Below are positions 46,413 to 56,337 of a stretch of DNA of 64,000 nucleotides, in pieces (positions within the stretch are counted from its first letter, which is position 1; the number at the start of each line of letters is the position of its first letter). The stretch is taken from the IMG/VR virus record IMGVR_UViG_3300029288_004137, positions 64,001-128,000 of that record. The stretch is one strand, 5' to 3'. The DNA comes from a virus (Duplodnaviria > Caudoviricetes). The notes beneath the pieces are model-generated. The model was not told where the DNA came from, searched no databases, and worked only from the letters and a program-made list of their open reading frames with translations. A program made the position numbers and the translations under genes.

Positions 46413-46839
46413 ATAATCGCTCCAAAATCAAAAATTTAACATAAAAACTATTAACTTGAGAAAATATTTTTTTTAATTCTGATTCTTTATAACAAGAAAT
46501 TAAATATTTAGCAACATCAAAATGTCCATTTTCTGCTGCCAATTTTAAAGAACGATCATACCAAGCATAAATATTAGCACCACATTCAACAAGATATTTA
46601 ACAATACCCAAATAACCTTGATATGAAGCATATCTTAAAGCAATATCATTATCAATATGAATATTAGCACCAATCTCAATAAAGTATTTAATAATATCAA
46701 GATGTCCATATTCTGCTGCTGTTCTTAAAGCATAACCATCCCAAGTATTAATATCGAAACCATTTTTAATATATTCTTTGACTCGTTGAATATTATTGTT
46801 TTTAATTACATTAATAAAACCATTGTAATCATAATTCAT
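46399..46839 (-). CDS. Ankyrin-repeat protein
   Basis: ANK repeats plus conserved tail. Confidence 0.9.
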   Translation of the reverse strand: MNYDYNGFINVIKNNNIQRVKEYIKNGFDINTWDGYALRTAAEYGHLDIIKYFIEIGANIHIDNDIALRYASYQGYLGIVKYLVECGANIYAWYDRSLKLAAENGHFDVAKYLISCYKESELKKIFSQVNSFYVKFLILERLYEIH

Positions 46840-47248
46840 AATATCTTTCCAAAATCAAACATTTAACATAAAAATTATTTTTTTTAAAATCATCATCATA
46901 AAAAGAATAATCAGTATAAAAAGAAACATTTTTACTCTTACTATTATAATAATCTTCAATATTGAAAAATAACTCTTTCAATTCTGTTTTTGTATATAAA
47001 GAAAGCAAATATTTAACAATATCAAAATTTTTATGAATTATTGACCATCGTAAAGCATAATCATTATTAGCATGAATTTTAGCACCTTTTTCAACTAAAT
47101 ATTTAATAATACCTAAATGTTTTTTACATTCACCTATTGCTGCTCTAAAATGGAAATCATTGTTTTCATGAATAATATCAATATTCTGCTCAACCAATTC
47201 TTTAACTTTCTGAAATTTTCCATGAACAACTGCATCAAATAAATCCAT
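46829..47248 (-). CDS. Ankyrin-repeat protein
   Basis: ANK repeats plus tail with insertion. Confidence 0.85.
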   Translation of the reverse strand: MDLFDAVVHGKFQKVKELVEQNIDIIHENNDFHFRAAIGECKKHLGIIKYLVEKGAKIHANNDYALRWSIIHKNFDIVKYLLSLYTKTELKELFFNIEDYYNSKSKNVSFYTDYSFYDDDFKKNNFYVKCLILERYYEL

Positions 47249-47672
47249 TATAAAACCTTTCCAAAATTAAATATTTAACATAAAAATTATCAATCTGAGA
47301 AAATAATGCTTTTAATTCTGTATTAGAATATAAAGAAATTAAATATTTGATAATATCAAAATGACCATTTTCTGTTGCCCATCGTAATGTTTCATCATTA
47401 CTTGCATAAATATTAGCACCATATTCAACAAGATATTTGACAATACCAGAATAACCATAAAGTGCTGCAATTCGTAAAGGATAATCATTCCAAATATGAA
47501 TATCAGCACCATGCTCAACAAGATATTTAACAATATCAAAATGACCATCTTCTGCTGCTGTTCTTAAGGCATAACTTTCATCAGCATGAATATAAATACC
47601 ATTTTCAATATATTTTTTAACTTGCTTAAAATCATTACAAATAATTGCATTGAAGAATTCGTTAATATCCAT
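47235..47672 (-). CDS. Ankyrin-repeat protein
   Basis: ANK repeats plus conserved tail. Confidence 0.9.
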   Translation of the reverse strand: MDINEFFNAIICNDFKQVKKYIENGIYIHADESYALRTAAEDGHFDIVKYLVEHGADIHIWNDYPLRIAALYGYSGIVKYLVEYGANIYASNDETLRWATENGHFDIIKYLISLYSNTELKALFSQIDNFYVKYLILERFYNGFI

Positions 47673-47714
47673 TATAAAACTTTTCCAATATTTTTTATTT
47701 TTGAACTAATAAAA

Positions 47715-48044
47715 TTAACTAATATACTTAGGATCTAAGTCTTCTATTGAAGAAAAAATTGAAGTTCTTTCGTTATATTTAACTTTACATTCTACATAAA
47801 AATAGCACATATTAATTTTTAAATTTTTATATATATCATGTTTATTATCATAATATTTTATTAAATTACTTTCTGAATAAGTTATAGGATAAAATAATGA
47901 AACATCATCTGTTTCTGATTTATAAATCAATTCAAACAAATAATGTTGTTTTGTTACTATATCCATTTTAATATAAAAAATTGGAATATTATTTTTTTCT
48001 ACCATTATGTCTGTGATAGACATTCTGTTTATATCTATAATCAT
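47715..48044 (-). CDS. Hypothetical protein
   Basis: ORF in operon. Confidence 0.5.
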   Translation of the reverse strand: MIIDINRMSITDIMVEKNNIPIFYIKMDIVTKQHYLFELIYKSETDDVSLFYPITYSESNLIKYYDNKHDIYKNLKINMCYFYVECKVKYNERTSIFSSIEDLDPKYIS

Positions 48045-49012
48045 TTATTAATAAATTTCCAATAATCTTTGTCAAATTTTACTTTTGAATCCCAAAAACT
48101 ACAAGTTTTAGTAAATAGAGTAGGTTTTGTTAAAATAGAAGAAAAAGAACTTTTCATATAATCTTTATAATAATTCCACCCATCTATACGATAATACCAC
48201 GGAAGATCAGCACAATGAACTTCTTTTGATAAAAGAAGATCTTTAATAAAAATATCATTTAGTGATGCATCTAATATGTCTGATTTTGCATCACAACGAG
48301 AAAAAAAGTTACCTTTTTTCTCGTTGAATTTCCATCCTAAATTTGTATAAATATTCAATAAATATTTTTTTAGTTCATTTAAATTGAATGTAAATCCAAT
48401 TGGATATCCATCAAAAATAGATTTTTCTTTATATCTCAATATAAAGTTATTTGAACTTCTTATTTCTGGCTGGAAATCATTTACAAAATAAGGATCATAA
48501 ACTGAATAAGGAAATGCTACATAAAATTTTGAAGGCGAACAATAAAAACTAATCTGTTTATATACCCAAAAAGCTTTCTCAGCACCAAGTAAAGCACTCC
48601 ATCCTAAACAATCAAAAATCCCTCTTTTGCTAGGATGTATCGGAACATAATAAATTGGAATTTTTATTAAGAATTTTTTAAACTTTAATCCCAATCTTTT
48701 TGTCATAAAATTTAATCTTCTTAATGGAACTGTATGAAAATAAAAAAACTCTTTATATCTTTTTCTTAAATTCAAAATATCTTCTTTATAAGAAACTATC
48801 CAAATTGATCTACACCCTGCCATAGCACATTCAATAATAGCTCTTTCTATTGCCAAATAATTTTTATTAATTGGTATATAAAAATCTTTATCTAATTCAG
48901 AAAAATATGTTTGATTCTTTGCTGTTGGAATAATACCAACAATCGTATGATCAGAACCATCTTTCGTAGAAAGACGATTGTGAAATAACACAAATTCTTC
49001 AGTAGGTTTCAT
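48041..49012 (-). CDS. Divergent nucleotidyltransferase-like protein
   Basis: VGIIP...PI...AIIECAMAGCRSIWIV resembles an NTP-transferase N-terminus without the GxGTR motif. Confidence 0.45.
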   Translation of the reverse strand: MKPTEEFVLFHNRLSTKDGSDHTIVGIIPTAKNQTYFSELDKDFYIPINKNYLAIERAIIECAMAGCRSIWIVSYKEDILNLRKRYKEFFYFHTVPLRRLNFMTKRLGLKFKKFLIKIPIYYVPIHPSKRGIFDCLGWSALLGAEKAFWVYKQISFYCSPSKFYVAFPYSVYDPYFVNDFQPEIRSSNNFILRYKEKSIFDGYPIGFTFNLNELKKYLLNIYTNLGWKFNEKKGNFFSRCDAKSDILDASLNDIFIKDLLLSKEVHCADLPWYYRIDGWNYYKDYMKSSFSSILTKPTLFTKTCSFWDSKVKFDKDYWKFINK

Positions 49013-49809
49013 AAATATCTTTTTTCCATATCCTCTATAGAATCATAATTAAATTCTATATTTTTATCTATAATATTTTCAAAATAATTCCTAGTTGTTT
49101 GATATATCTCTCTACCTTTATAGGTAGTAGATAAATTTTCTCTATACCAACTTCTTACAAATGAACCATCTTTTTTAAAAGTTTTAACAGGATTCAATTT
49201 ACCTCTTATATTTCTCTCTTTTAAAAATGCTTCAACTCTTATCTTGTAAGAAGCTCCATCAAAATTTTCATCTAATATTTGCTCATCAGTTAAATATGCT
49301 AAAACTCTAAAGTTCTTTTGACTTTCAATTAATATATGAAATAATTCATAATTTTTTGTTTTTATTTCCTTTGGATTCTTTAAATAATCTTTATAATTTT
49401 TAAATCCAAAATTATATACAACAATATTTTTATCATTTATATAATCTTCTTTTTTATATTGTTCTATACCTTTTATGTCTGTTTCATCAAATATAACCAA
49501 TTTTTTATAATTGATATAAAATTCTTTATTGTTTTTAAGAACAACCAATAATCTTTGCTTATCAATTTCAATACAAATAAAATTTACACCATCTACAGTC
49601 CCAAATACTTTTCCTTTAAGAGAAAGAATATTCATTATTCTTGAATATCTTAATGCTCTTTCTTCATTTTCATCATTTTCTTTTTTAAAACAAAAAGGTT
49701 TTTTAGAATAAAGAAAAATAATTGAAGAATAATTATAAAATGAATATAACACTGATTGATATGTAGCACCTAAAACAAGACAATCAGTGTTATATTCAAA
49801 ATTAATCAT
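49009..49809 (-). CDS. Hypothetical protein
   Basis: ORF in operon. Confidence 0.55.
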   Translation of the reverse strand: MINFEYNTDCLVLGATYQSVLYSFYNYSSIIFLYSKKPFCFKKENDENEERALRYSRIMNILSLKGKVFGTVDGVNFICIEIDKQRLLVVLKNNKEFYINYKKLVIFDETDIKGIEQYKKEDYINDKNIVVYNFGFKNYKDYLKNPKEIKTKNYELFHILIESQKNFRVLAYLTDEQILDENFDGASYKIRVEAFLKERNIRGKLNPVKTFKKDGSFVRSWYRENLSTTYKGREIYQTTRNYFENIIDKNIEFNYDSIEDMEKRYL

Positions 49810-50488
49810 GCTTTATTTGAAGATCTTCAAATAAAATAGGATATAAATTATAAACTTCTTTATAAAGAAGAGAAACAAGTTCTCTCATAAGATCTTGAGA
49901 ACCTTTCTTAAACAATCTTGTCCTAAACAAATTTCGTAATGCTTGAATATTTGTTGTTATTCCTATACGTGTTGCTACACACATAGGAAGAACATCTCTT
50001 GCTTCTTCTGGCCAGGATTCTGTTTTTTCTAACAAATCAAAATATGCATTTTCAGATGCAACCAATGATTCAAAAAATATTTCTTCTAAAGAACAAAATC
50101 CTGAAAGACACATGTAATTATCAAATGTTATCTTTGTATTCTCATCAATAGAAATAAAATCAAGCCATGCAGGTTTAATAAAACATAAATTTCCTCTTCC
50201 TTCTGTTTTAAGATAATTCACATATCTTTGTGATTCCATCGTTGGATCAAGAAATTTATGTCTCAATAACTGTTGAGCAATTGCCCTACTCGTATAAACC
50301 TCAAACGAAACAGTACCATGTCTTAATACAGATTCATGTCCTAAAAAAATAACACGTTTTATAAACTTTTCTGTCGTCCCTTCATCAGAAGGTGAACTTT
50401 TATGTGAAATCCGTGCCATATACTCTATAGCATTAAGCATATTAGGTGTTGAAGAAAGAATCTTAACCTTTTGTCTTTTCAGATACAT
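49802..50488 (-). CDS. thyX: Flavin-dependent thymidylate synthase
   Basis: GHESV, RAIAQQLLRH...ESQRYV, ARDVLP. Confidence 0.92.
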   Translation of the reverse strand: MYLKRQKVKILSSTPNMLNAIEYMARISHKSSPSDEGTTEKFIKRVIFLGHESVLRHGTVSFEVYTSRAIAQQLLRHKFLDPTMESQRYVNYLKTEGRGNLCFIKPAWLDFISIDENTKITFDNYMCLSGFCSLEEIFFESLVASENAYFDLLEKTESWPEEARDVLPMCVATRIGITTNIQALRNLFRTRLFKKGSQDLMRELVSLLYKEVYNLYPILFEDLQIKHD

Positions 50489-50838
50489 TCTGTTTTATCT
50501 CCATCATCAGAAGATCGATAAAATCCACATAAAGCAGATTTAGGAACAAGAACATCATCGTTTATCTTATAAGAAAAAGCATTGTCATACATTACAATGT
50601 CCCCTATAAAAAATTCAATATCTGTTTCAAGAACAGAATCAGTTGCCATACTCTTAATTATACCAAATCGTATATTTGAAGAAACATTAAAATTATCAGA
50701 AACAGATTTAAATGAATCTAAATTTGAAGTTTCTTTATCATCTAAAAATGAAAAAAGACAAGGGGTTAAAAGTATATAGTTGTTCAACGGATAAAAAGAA
50801 TTATTATCAATCTTAACTGTTTGAATAACTGGTGCCAT
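50479..50838 (-). CDS. GroES-like co-chaperonin
   Basis: PLNNYILL...GII...IGDIVMY...ALCG pattern; GroEL present in window. Confidence 0.5.
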   Translation of the reverse strand: MAPVIQTVKIDNNSFYPLNNYILLTPCLFSFLDDKETSNLDSFKSVSDNFNVSSNIRFGIIKSMATDSVLETDIEFFIGDIVMYDNAFSYKINDDVLVPKSALCGFYRSSDDGDKTECI

Positions 50839-50843
50839 TGTTT

Positions 50844-51107
50844 TTATTCCTCATCTTGAAGATTAAAATTATACTTCTGTTTTATATTGTGATAAATCTC
50901 AGCAAGATTATCAAAATTAATATCTTGTCTCATTAACTGAATAACTTTTCCAGCTAACTTAATATCTTCAGACGACAGCCATCCGTTTTCTACAAACTCT
51001 TTCCGCAAATCCTTTTTTTGCTCACGAAAAGGTTCAATGGCATTATCAAGAGCCACAATTGACTTCACATACTCAACAAACTTATCCTCAACTTTTTCTT
51101 CACTCAT
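50844..51107 (-). CDS. Small helical protein, possibly T4 DsbA/GapR-like DNA binder
   Basis: REQKKDLRKEFVENG pattern and size. Confidence 0.45.
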   Translation of the reverse strand: MSEEKVEDKFVEYVKSIVALDNAIEPFREQKKDLRKEFVENGWLSSEDIKLAGKVIQLMRQDINFDNLAEIYHNIKQKYNFNLQDEE

Positions 51108-51202
51108 AACTTCCTCCTATTTAATAATTTTTTATCTTAGATTAACTCATCTTAACATATCTTTTTTATTTTGTCAAGATTTAAATTTGACAAAAAAACT
51201 AA

Positions 51203-51601
51203 TTATTCAACTTCTTCTGCGTAATAACCATATTCACATTTATCTAACAATTTCTTTTCTTTTTTAAAACATTTTTTAATTACAGATTTAACTCTTGCTT
51301 TAAATTCACCACCTGTTTCAGTATCTAATAATTCGTTTGGGGACATTCCTATATAAATACCAGGATCACAATATTCTCCATAAGAATCTCCATAAAATTC
51401 TATATGATCTTCTTCTTGTATAATTTTATTAAACTCTTTTTCTTTTGTTTCTATAAAAGAAGCAGGATCATCAGGATCATATTCATCTTCCAAATTATTA
51501 TTTCTTATATAATTTTCTATCTCATCACAAGAAATAAAAGCACCATAAATATAGAAACTTGTTGTACTTGAATTACTCACAAAACCTTTTCTAATCTTCT
51601 T
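51203..51601 (-). CDS. Fourth GFVSNSSTTSF family gene with start codon altered (AAG)
   Basis: KKIRKGFVSNSSTTSF in frame after SD ggaggtg, but no ATG. Confidence 0.6.
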   Translation of the reverse strand, partial: KKIRKGFVSNSSTTSFYIYGAFISCDEIENYIRNNNLEDEYDPDDPASFIETKEKEFNKIIQEEDHIEFYGDSYGEYCDPGIYIGMSPNELLDTETGGEFKARVKSVIKKCFKKEKKLLDKCEYGYYAEEVE

Positions 51602-51956
51602 TACTCACCTCCAAATTTTGTTTTTCATTAGTTAAATGATGATAAATTTTACTAATAAATTCATAAAACTCTTTATCATTCATAATGCCTTTCGCACGAT
51701 TTACATCTAAAGTAACCCATCTTAAATTATCTATATCATACTTTAATTCTGGGAAATCTTTGACTGATAAAATATGATCTACTGAAGAATTTTTATCAAA
51801 TCTTAATACATCTCCAGTTAATGGACAACGATACTTTTGTTTTTCCATTAAATTAAAAAGATCCATCCAAAGATCACTATTACAAAGACATCGTTGTGCT
51901 AATGCTCTTAACTTTCTTATTATTCTCTTTTCTTCTTTCGTTTTCTTAGATTTCAA
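51591..51956 (-). CDS. HNH endonuclease
   Basis: CPLTG...SVDHI...NLRWV...NRAK. Confidence 0.75.
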   Translation of the reverse strand: MKSKKTKEEKRIIRKLRALAQRCLCNSDLWMDLFNLMEKQKYRCPLTGDVLRFDKNSSVDHILSVKDFPELKYDIDNLRWVTLDVNRAKGIMNDKEFYEFISKIYHHLTNEKQNLEVSKED

Positions 51957-51963
51957 TTAAATG

Positions 51964-53967
51964 TTATTTTAATAATTCATATTCAAAAAATTTAGGTCTC
52001 ATATTATCTATATAAAATTGTTTTAATAATTGTTTTAATTCTTCTACCTTTGGAAAAAGAATATGTGCTCTCCATAATTTACCATTTCCTTCTTTATCAT
52101 ATGTTTCAATATTATATAAACCATTAAGATTAGTTTCTTTTACTAACTCAATATATATTTCCCATATTTTTGTCTTTTTCAAATTATCATTTAACATTGT
52201 TTCTCCAAATTTCCATATTTTTCCTTCTGAAGAACATTGATTATAATGAGTACATAAAGACCATAATAAACAATTTTGTAAAAAATCTTTATCTTTTTGA
52301 TATTTGGTTCCACCATCAGAAGTTTTATAAATAGTATCTACTATCCTATAATCTTTTTCTCCAATTGTTCCACCTTTTTCTGATATTTCATCTCTACATA
52401 CACAAAATAAAGGTAAAACATTGATTAAATTATCTTTATTTACCCATTTTTTGCCATATTTTTCATTATCATTTAAACTTCCTGTAAGTCGAGGAGATGC
52501 AAAAGAATAATTTCTTGCTTCAACAACACATATACCATTTTCTTTACCATCATTTGAATATAATTCAGAAATTGTTTTATAAACTTTTTTAACTTTAAAT
52601 TTTCCTTCAAAATCACTATCAAACAATATTGATTCATTTTCAATATCTTTATTTCCCCAATGAATTAAAGCAATTGCACTTTCACCTGCATTGAAATATT
52701 TTTTATTGCATAAATAAGATTCTTTAACTTCTTTATCTATTAAATGAGTTGTTTTCCATATTTTAATTGGTCCATAATGAATATATGAATAAATATCAAA
52801 ATACTTAAAGGCACTAAATACAAACTGGTGATCTAAATCAGAACCTCCATTTTTCATCTGTGCATGAACCCAAGTTTTTCCTACTTTCTTATCCGTTTTA
52901 TAATTTGAACCTCCATTCTTATTAGAATTAAGTTCGGCATATGGTGGGTTTTCTAAAAATATAACAGCTAATTTATTAACATTATTATTTATTTTATATT
53001 CTTTTATTTTATTTTGATAATATTTAACACCTTTCTCTGATAAAGCATCTATAATATTTACATTAGATAAATTTCCAAATCTGATATTAGCAGTAAATGC
53101 TTCAGCTTCATTTATAGTTCCTAAAATTAAATGTGAATATACATCTTCTTTAAATTGACTTTCTAAATTACCTACACCAGTAGACCTATCAACAATGACA
53201 TAATCATCATAACCTTCTTTTTTTGATTGTTGTATTGCGTTTTCTACATATTGAGTTGATATTTTTACATATTGTGAAGGTGTAAAAAAAGCCCCTTCAA
53301 TCTTTTGAACATATTTTTCATTCATTTTATCATTATTAAGAATAAGTTTATTAATATTTACTTTTTTAAAATCAAATGGTTTAAACCATCCCAATACACC
53401 TTCTTTAAGTTTTTCATAAGCTTCCATTTTTTCTTTAATTAGAAATACTTTATAAATATTTTGAATAACTTCTACTAAATCAACATTTTCATCTTGTAAA
53501 TCATATTCATAAGTATTTTTATTATCTTCAAAATATTTAATAAATTTTTCTGGTGTTTCATACCAATCAAATTTTTCTATAAAATTAAAATGACAATCAT
53601 AAACATTAACTAAAAAAGTTTCTAATTCAACATATATTCTATAATAAGGAACTTTTTCACCCTTATTTTTTAATCTATTTGGAATTATTTGATAAAGTCC
53701 CTGATCTGCTTTTATTAGACCACCACCTTCTTTTTCATTTAATTTACATTCAATTATTGCATTTCCAACTATTCCATCACTTTGATTCTTATCCATACTT
53801 TCAGGATTTAATTTAAAATTAGTTTTTTGTGTTAAAAAAACATAAAACACTCTTTGCCCTGCTACTTCTTGTTTTAACATAGCATTAACAAGAGCACCTT
53901 TTGTATATTTTAAATAATTTTCCTTATTAATACTTTCTAAAATATCTTTATTTTTTTTAGCACTCAT
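51964..53967 (-). CDS. Type IIG-like restriction-modification fusion
   Basis: SDG...IECK nuclease motif, GAFFTP, DRSTGVGNL, NPPY. Confidence 0.75.
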   Translation of the reverse strand: MSAKKNKDILESINKENYLKYTKGALVNAMLKQEVAGQRVFYVFLTQKTNFKLNPESMDKNQSDGIVGNAIIECKLNEKEGGGLIKADQGLYQIIPNRLKNKGEKVPYYRIYVELETFLVNVYDCHFNFIEKFDWYETPEKFIKYFEDNKNTYEYDLQDENVDLVEVIQNIYKVFLIKEKMEAYEKLKEGVLGWFKPFDFKKVNINKLILNNDKMNEKYVQKIEGAFFTPSQYVKISTQYVENAIQQSKKEGYDDYVIVDRSTGVGNLESQFKEDVYSHLILGTINEAEAFTANIRFGNLSNVNIIDALSEKGVKYYQNKIKEYKINNNVNKLAVIFLENPPYAELNSNKNGGSNYKTDKKVGKTWVHAQMKNGGSDLDHQFVFSAFKYFDIYSYIHYGPIKIWKTTHLIDKEVKESYLCNKKYFNAGESAIALIHWGNKDIENESILFDSDFEGKFKVKKVYKTISELYSNDGKENGICVVEARNYSFASPRLTGSLNDNEKYGKKWVNKDNLINVLPLFCVCRDEISEKGGTIGEKDYRIVDTIYKTSDGGTKYQKDKDFLQNCLLWSLCTHYNQCSSEGKIWKFGETMLNDNLKKTKIWEIYIELVKETNLNGLYNIETYDKEGNGKLWRAHILFPKVEELKQLLKQFYIDNMRPKFFEYELLK

Positions 53968-54230
53968 TTTTTTTACTTTTTCCTTTCTAATTTTTCTATT
54001 AACACTATATCACATTCAACTTCAAATGTCAAGAACAAAATTTTATGAACATTTGCCCCAACCACACTGAGAACAGGATACACATCCGTCTATATAAATT
54101 AACTGCGATCCACAATCAGGACAATATTGTTGTTCAAGATTTCCAGTAAAAATAAAATTATAAGGTATTCCATTACACAGATTCCTGTCATGCGATAAGT
54201 TTGTCTTTGCGCGCTCATGTTTTTACCCCC

Positions 54231-55370
54231 TCAATTTTTTTCTAATAAAAATAGAAACTCCTTATTAGGTTCTTCAATTTCTTTAATCCAATCGTTCGTC
54301 CATCGCATATTCGCCATCACGTTTTTTTTAAAATCGATTTTTTCGATTTCAATAATTTTCCCAGATTCGGATAAGACTTGAATAAGTTCTTCCAAAGTTG
54401 CTCGGCCACCAGAGCTATATGAGAGTATAACAAATTGTGAATCAATATTTTTAATCAATTTTTCTATTGCTTCAATGACTAAAAATTTTCCAGTTTGACT
54501 TTTTCTAAATTCTTCAAAAATAGATGCTGAAATTGTATCTGATGTATCTTCCCGTCTTTTTGCTTTTCCGAATATCTTTGGCTTATCGTTTAAACATATT
54601 GTCGTCCACAAATGATAATATGCTTGATACCTAACACGCGATGGAGGCATTTTTTCGTTATTTGAACCATATGGGGGATCGAAGTAAGCTAGGTCGCAAT
54701 TAACTTTATCAAGAATAGAAAAAATATCGCCTTGAAACACTCGATGATCAATGTCGTTAACCCAAATGTTTGGACAAGTCAATCTCATTGTTTTATATGA
54801 TCGTGGAGACCATTCCTTAAGATACGCAGCAAAATGGCCTAGTGTTGAATCTACTTTGTCCATAGCTAAAATCAATGATGTTATCAATACAGTCTTTTCG
54901 GTAAATGGCAAATTTAATTTATCAATTTCTTCACGGATAGCATCCAATTTCATCGTGTTATGTATTTGCCATGGTTTCTTCAATTCATCTTTTGATAAGC
55001 ACTTTCCGCCATTGCCGTTTGCATAACCACCATAGTTCTCGGTGAACCATCCATCAACACCAGGAAGGTTATTTAGATGATCAATTATTGGTATAAAATA
55101 GCTTTTAGGTTGAATATTCTTTAGATAACAATTAGCAAAATAAAAGGAGTAAGTTGAAATATCATTTGCAATTACAGTGAATTTGGATTGTGCAAATGCT
55201 TGACTGACCCGAGTAGAGCCTGAAAACCCGTCAAAAATAGTTTTTGACTTAACTTTGTTTGCAAGAGTTAAAATATGTTTAAGTAACTTTAATTTAGAGC
55301 CAGTATACTTTATTCCCTCAGTGCTTGGAACATCAGTAATTATTTCGTTTTCAAATGGTGACAGTTGCAT
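54231..55370 (-). CDS. N6-adenine DNA methyltransferase (D12 class)
   Basis: KYTGSK, DGFSGS, DPPY, LSYS. Confidence 0.9.
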   Translation of the reverse strand: MQLSPFENEIITDVPSTEGIKYTGSKLKLLKHILTLANKVKSKTIFDGFSGSTRVSQAFAQSKFTVIANDISTYSFYFANCYLKNIQPKSYFIPIIDHLNNLPGVDGWFTENYGGYANGNGGKCLSKDELKKPWQIHNTMKLDAIREEIDKLNLPFTEKTVLITSLILAMDKVDSTLGHFAAYLKEWSPRSYKTMRLTCPNIWVNDIDHRVFQGDIFSILDKVNCDLAYFDPPYGSNNEKMPPSRVRYQAYYHLWTTICLNDKPKIFGKAKRREDTSDTISASIFEEFRKSQTGKFLVIEAIEKLIKNIDSQFVILSYSSGGRATLEELIQVLSESGKIIEIEKIDFKKNVMANMRWTNDWIKEIEEPNKEFLFLLEKN

Positions 55371-56234
55371 TTAGTTGTTACCAAGCAAAGATTGTTTCTT
55401 TTGTTCTTCAATATCAGTTTTAAATATTTCTAATGCAGGTCCGTACCCTTTTTGAGTTGAAACTAATGCGTGGGAAAGTAGCTCGACAAATAAAGAATTA
55501 TCAGAATAATCAATCCATCCGTTTGTTGCAGATTTAAAATAAACTAGCGCGTTCTTAGTATTTGTCCAAAGACCACGTTGTAAGGCGTTTGCAGCAGCAT
55601 CACCATAGCGCACTTCGCAAATATAACCACCATTATTGTCGTAAAATTTATATACAGGATATATTCGTTTTTTTCCTTTTCCTTCTCCTTCTTTTTCAAC
55701 TTCAATTCTAACGGTCGAATTCATTGCTTTTTCAAAATCAAAAACAAGTATATTACACCTCTTGTTTTTTTCGTCATAAATTAGTGGTAAAACATTAATG
55801 TTGTTAAATTCTGACATCTCATCTGCTGAAAAAACAGATTGTATGCTGCTTTTCCCTGTAATACGATCACCTTTTTTTGATAAAAATGGGAACATCTTTG
55901 ATTTTTTATCTGTTGATAGCTGAAGATTACCAATCCCATAAGCCTTTAAACTGATTGAAAAACTAACATTATTAATTTCATTTGTAATTGTAATATCTTC
56001 CTCATGCTTTTTTGCCCTATATAGGTCTTTGCCAACATGTTTGGATTTAAAACCATACATAAATTGATTTATGAATTCCGATATTCCGATTTCAGCTAAA
56101 TCCCCATGTATCTTGGTGCCTATTGATCGGCTGGTAAATATGTTTGACAATGTAGTTTTTATTAGGTGAGGATTATTTTTATTGAAATGAGTAAATTGAG
56201 CTACAAAATCTTTAAATGCTTCTTGCTGTGTCAT
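55371..56234 (-). CDS. Putative type II restriction endonuclease (start adjusted to MTQQEA)
   Basis: Abuts the MTase; ED...SLK motif; SD aagga; the longer ORF call runs through the repeat. Confidence 0.6.
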   Translation of the reverse strand: MTQQEAFKDFVAQFTHFNKNNPHLIKTTLSNIFTSRSIGTKIHGDLAEIGISEFINQFMYGFKSKHVGKDLYRAKKHEEDITITNEINNVSFSISLKAYGIGNLQLSTDKKSKMFPFLSKKGDRITGKSSIQSVFSADEMSEFNNINVLPLIYDEKNKRCNILVFDFEKAMNSTVRIEVEKEGEGKGKKRIYPVYKFYDNNGGYICEVRYGDAAANALQRGLWTNTKNALVYFKSATNGWIDYSDNSLFVELLSHALVSTQKGYGPALEIFKTDIEEQKKQSLLGNN

Positions 56235-56337
56235 TATTTTTTCCTTTCCACAAAGTGTTTCAAAAGTCAAAAACCATTCCTCAACTTTCTTATATATAAC
56301 TATATCACATTCAACTTCAAATGTCAAGAACAAAATT

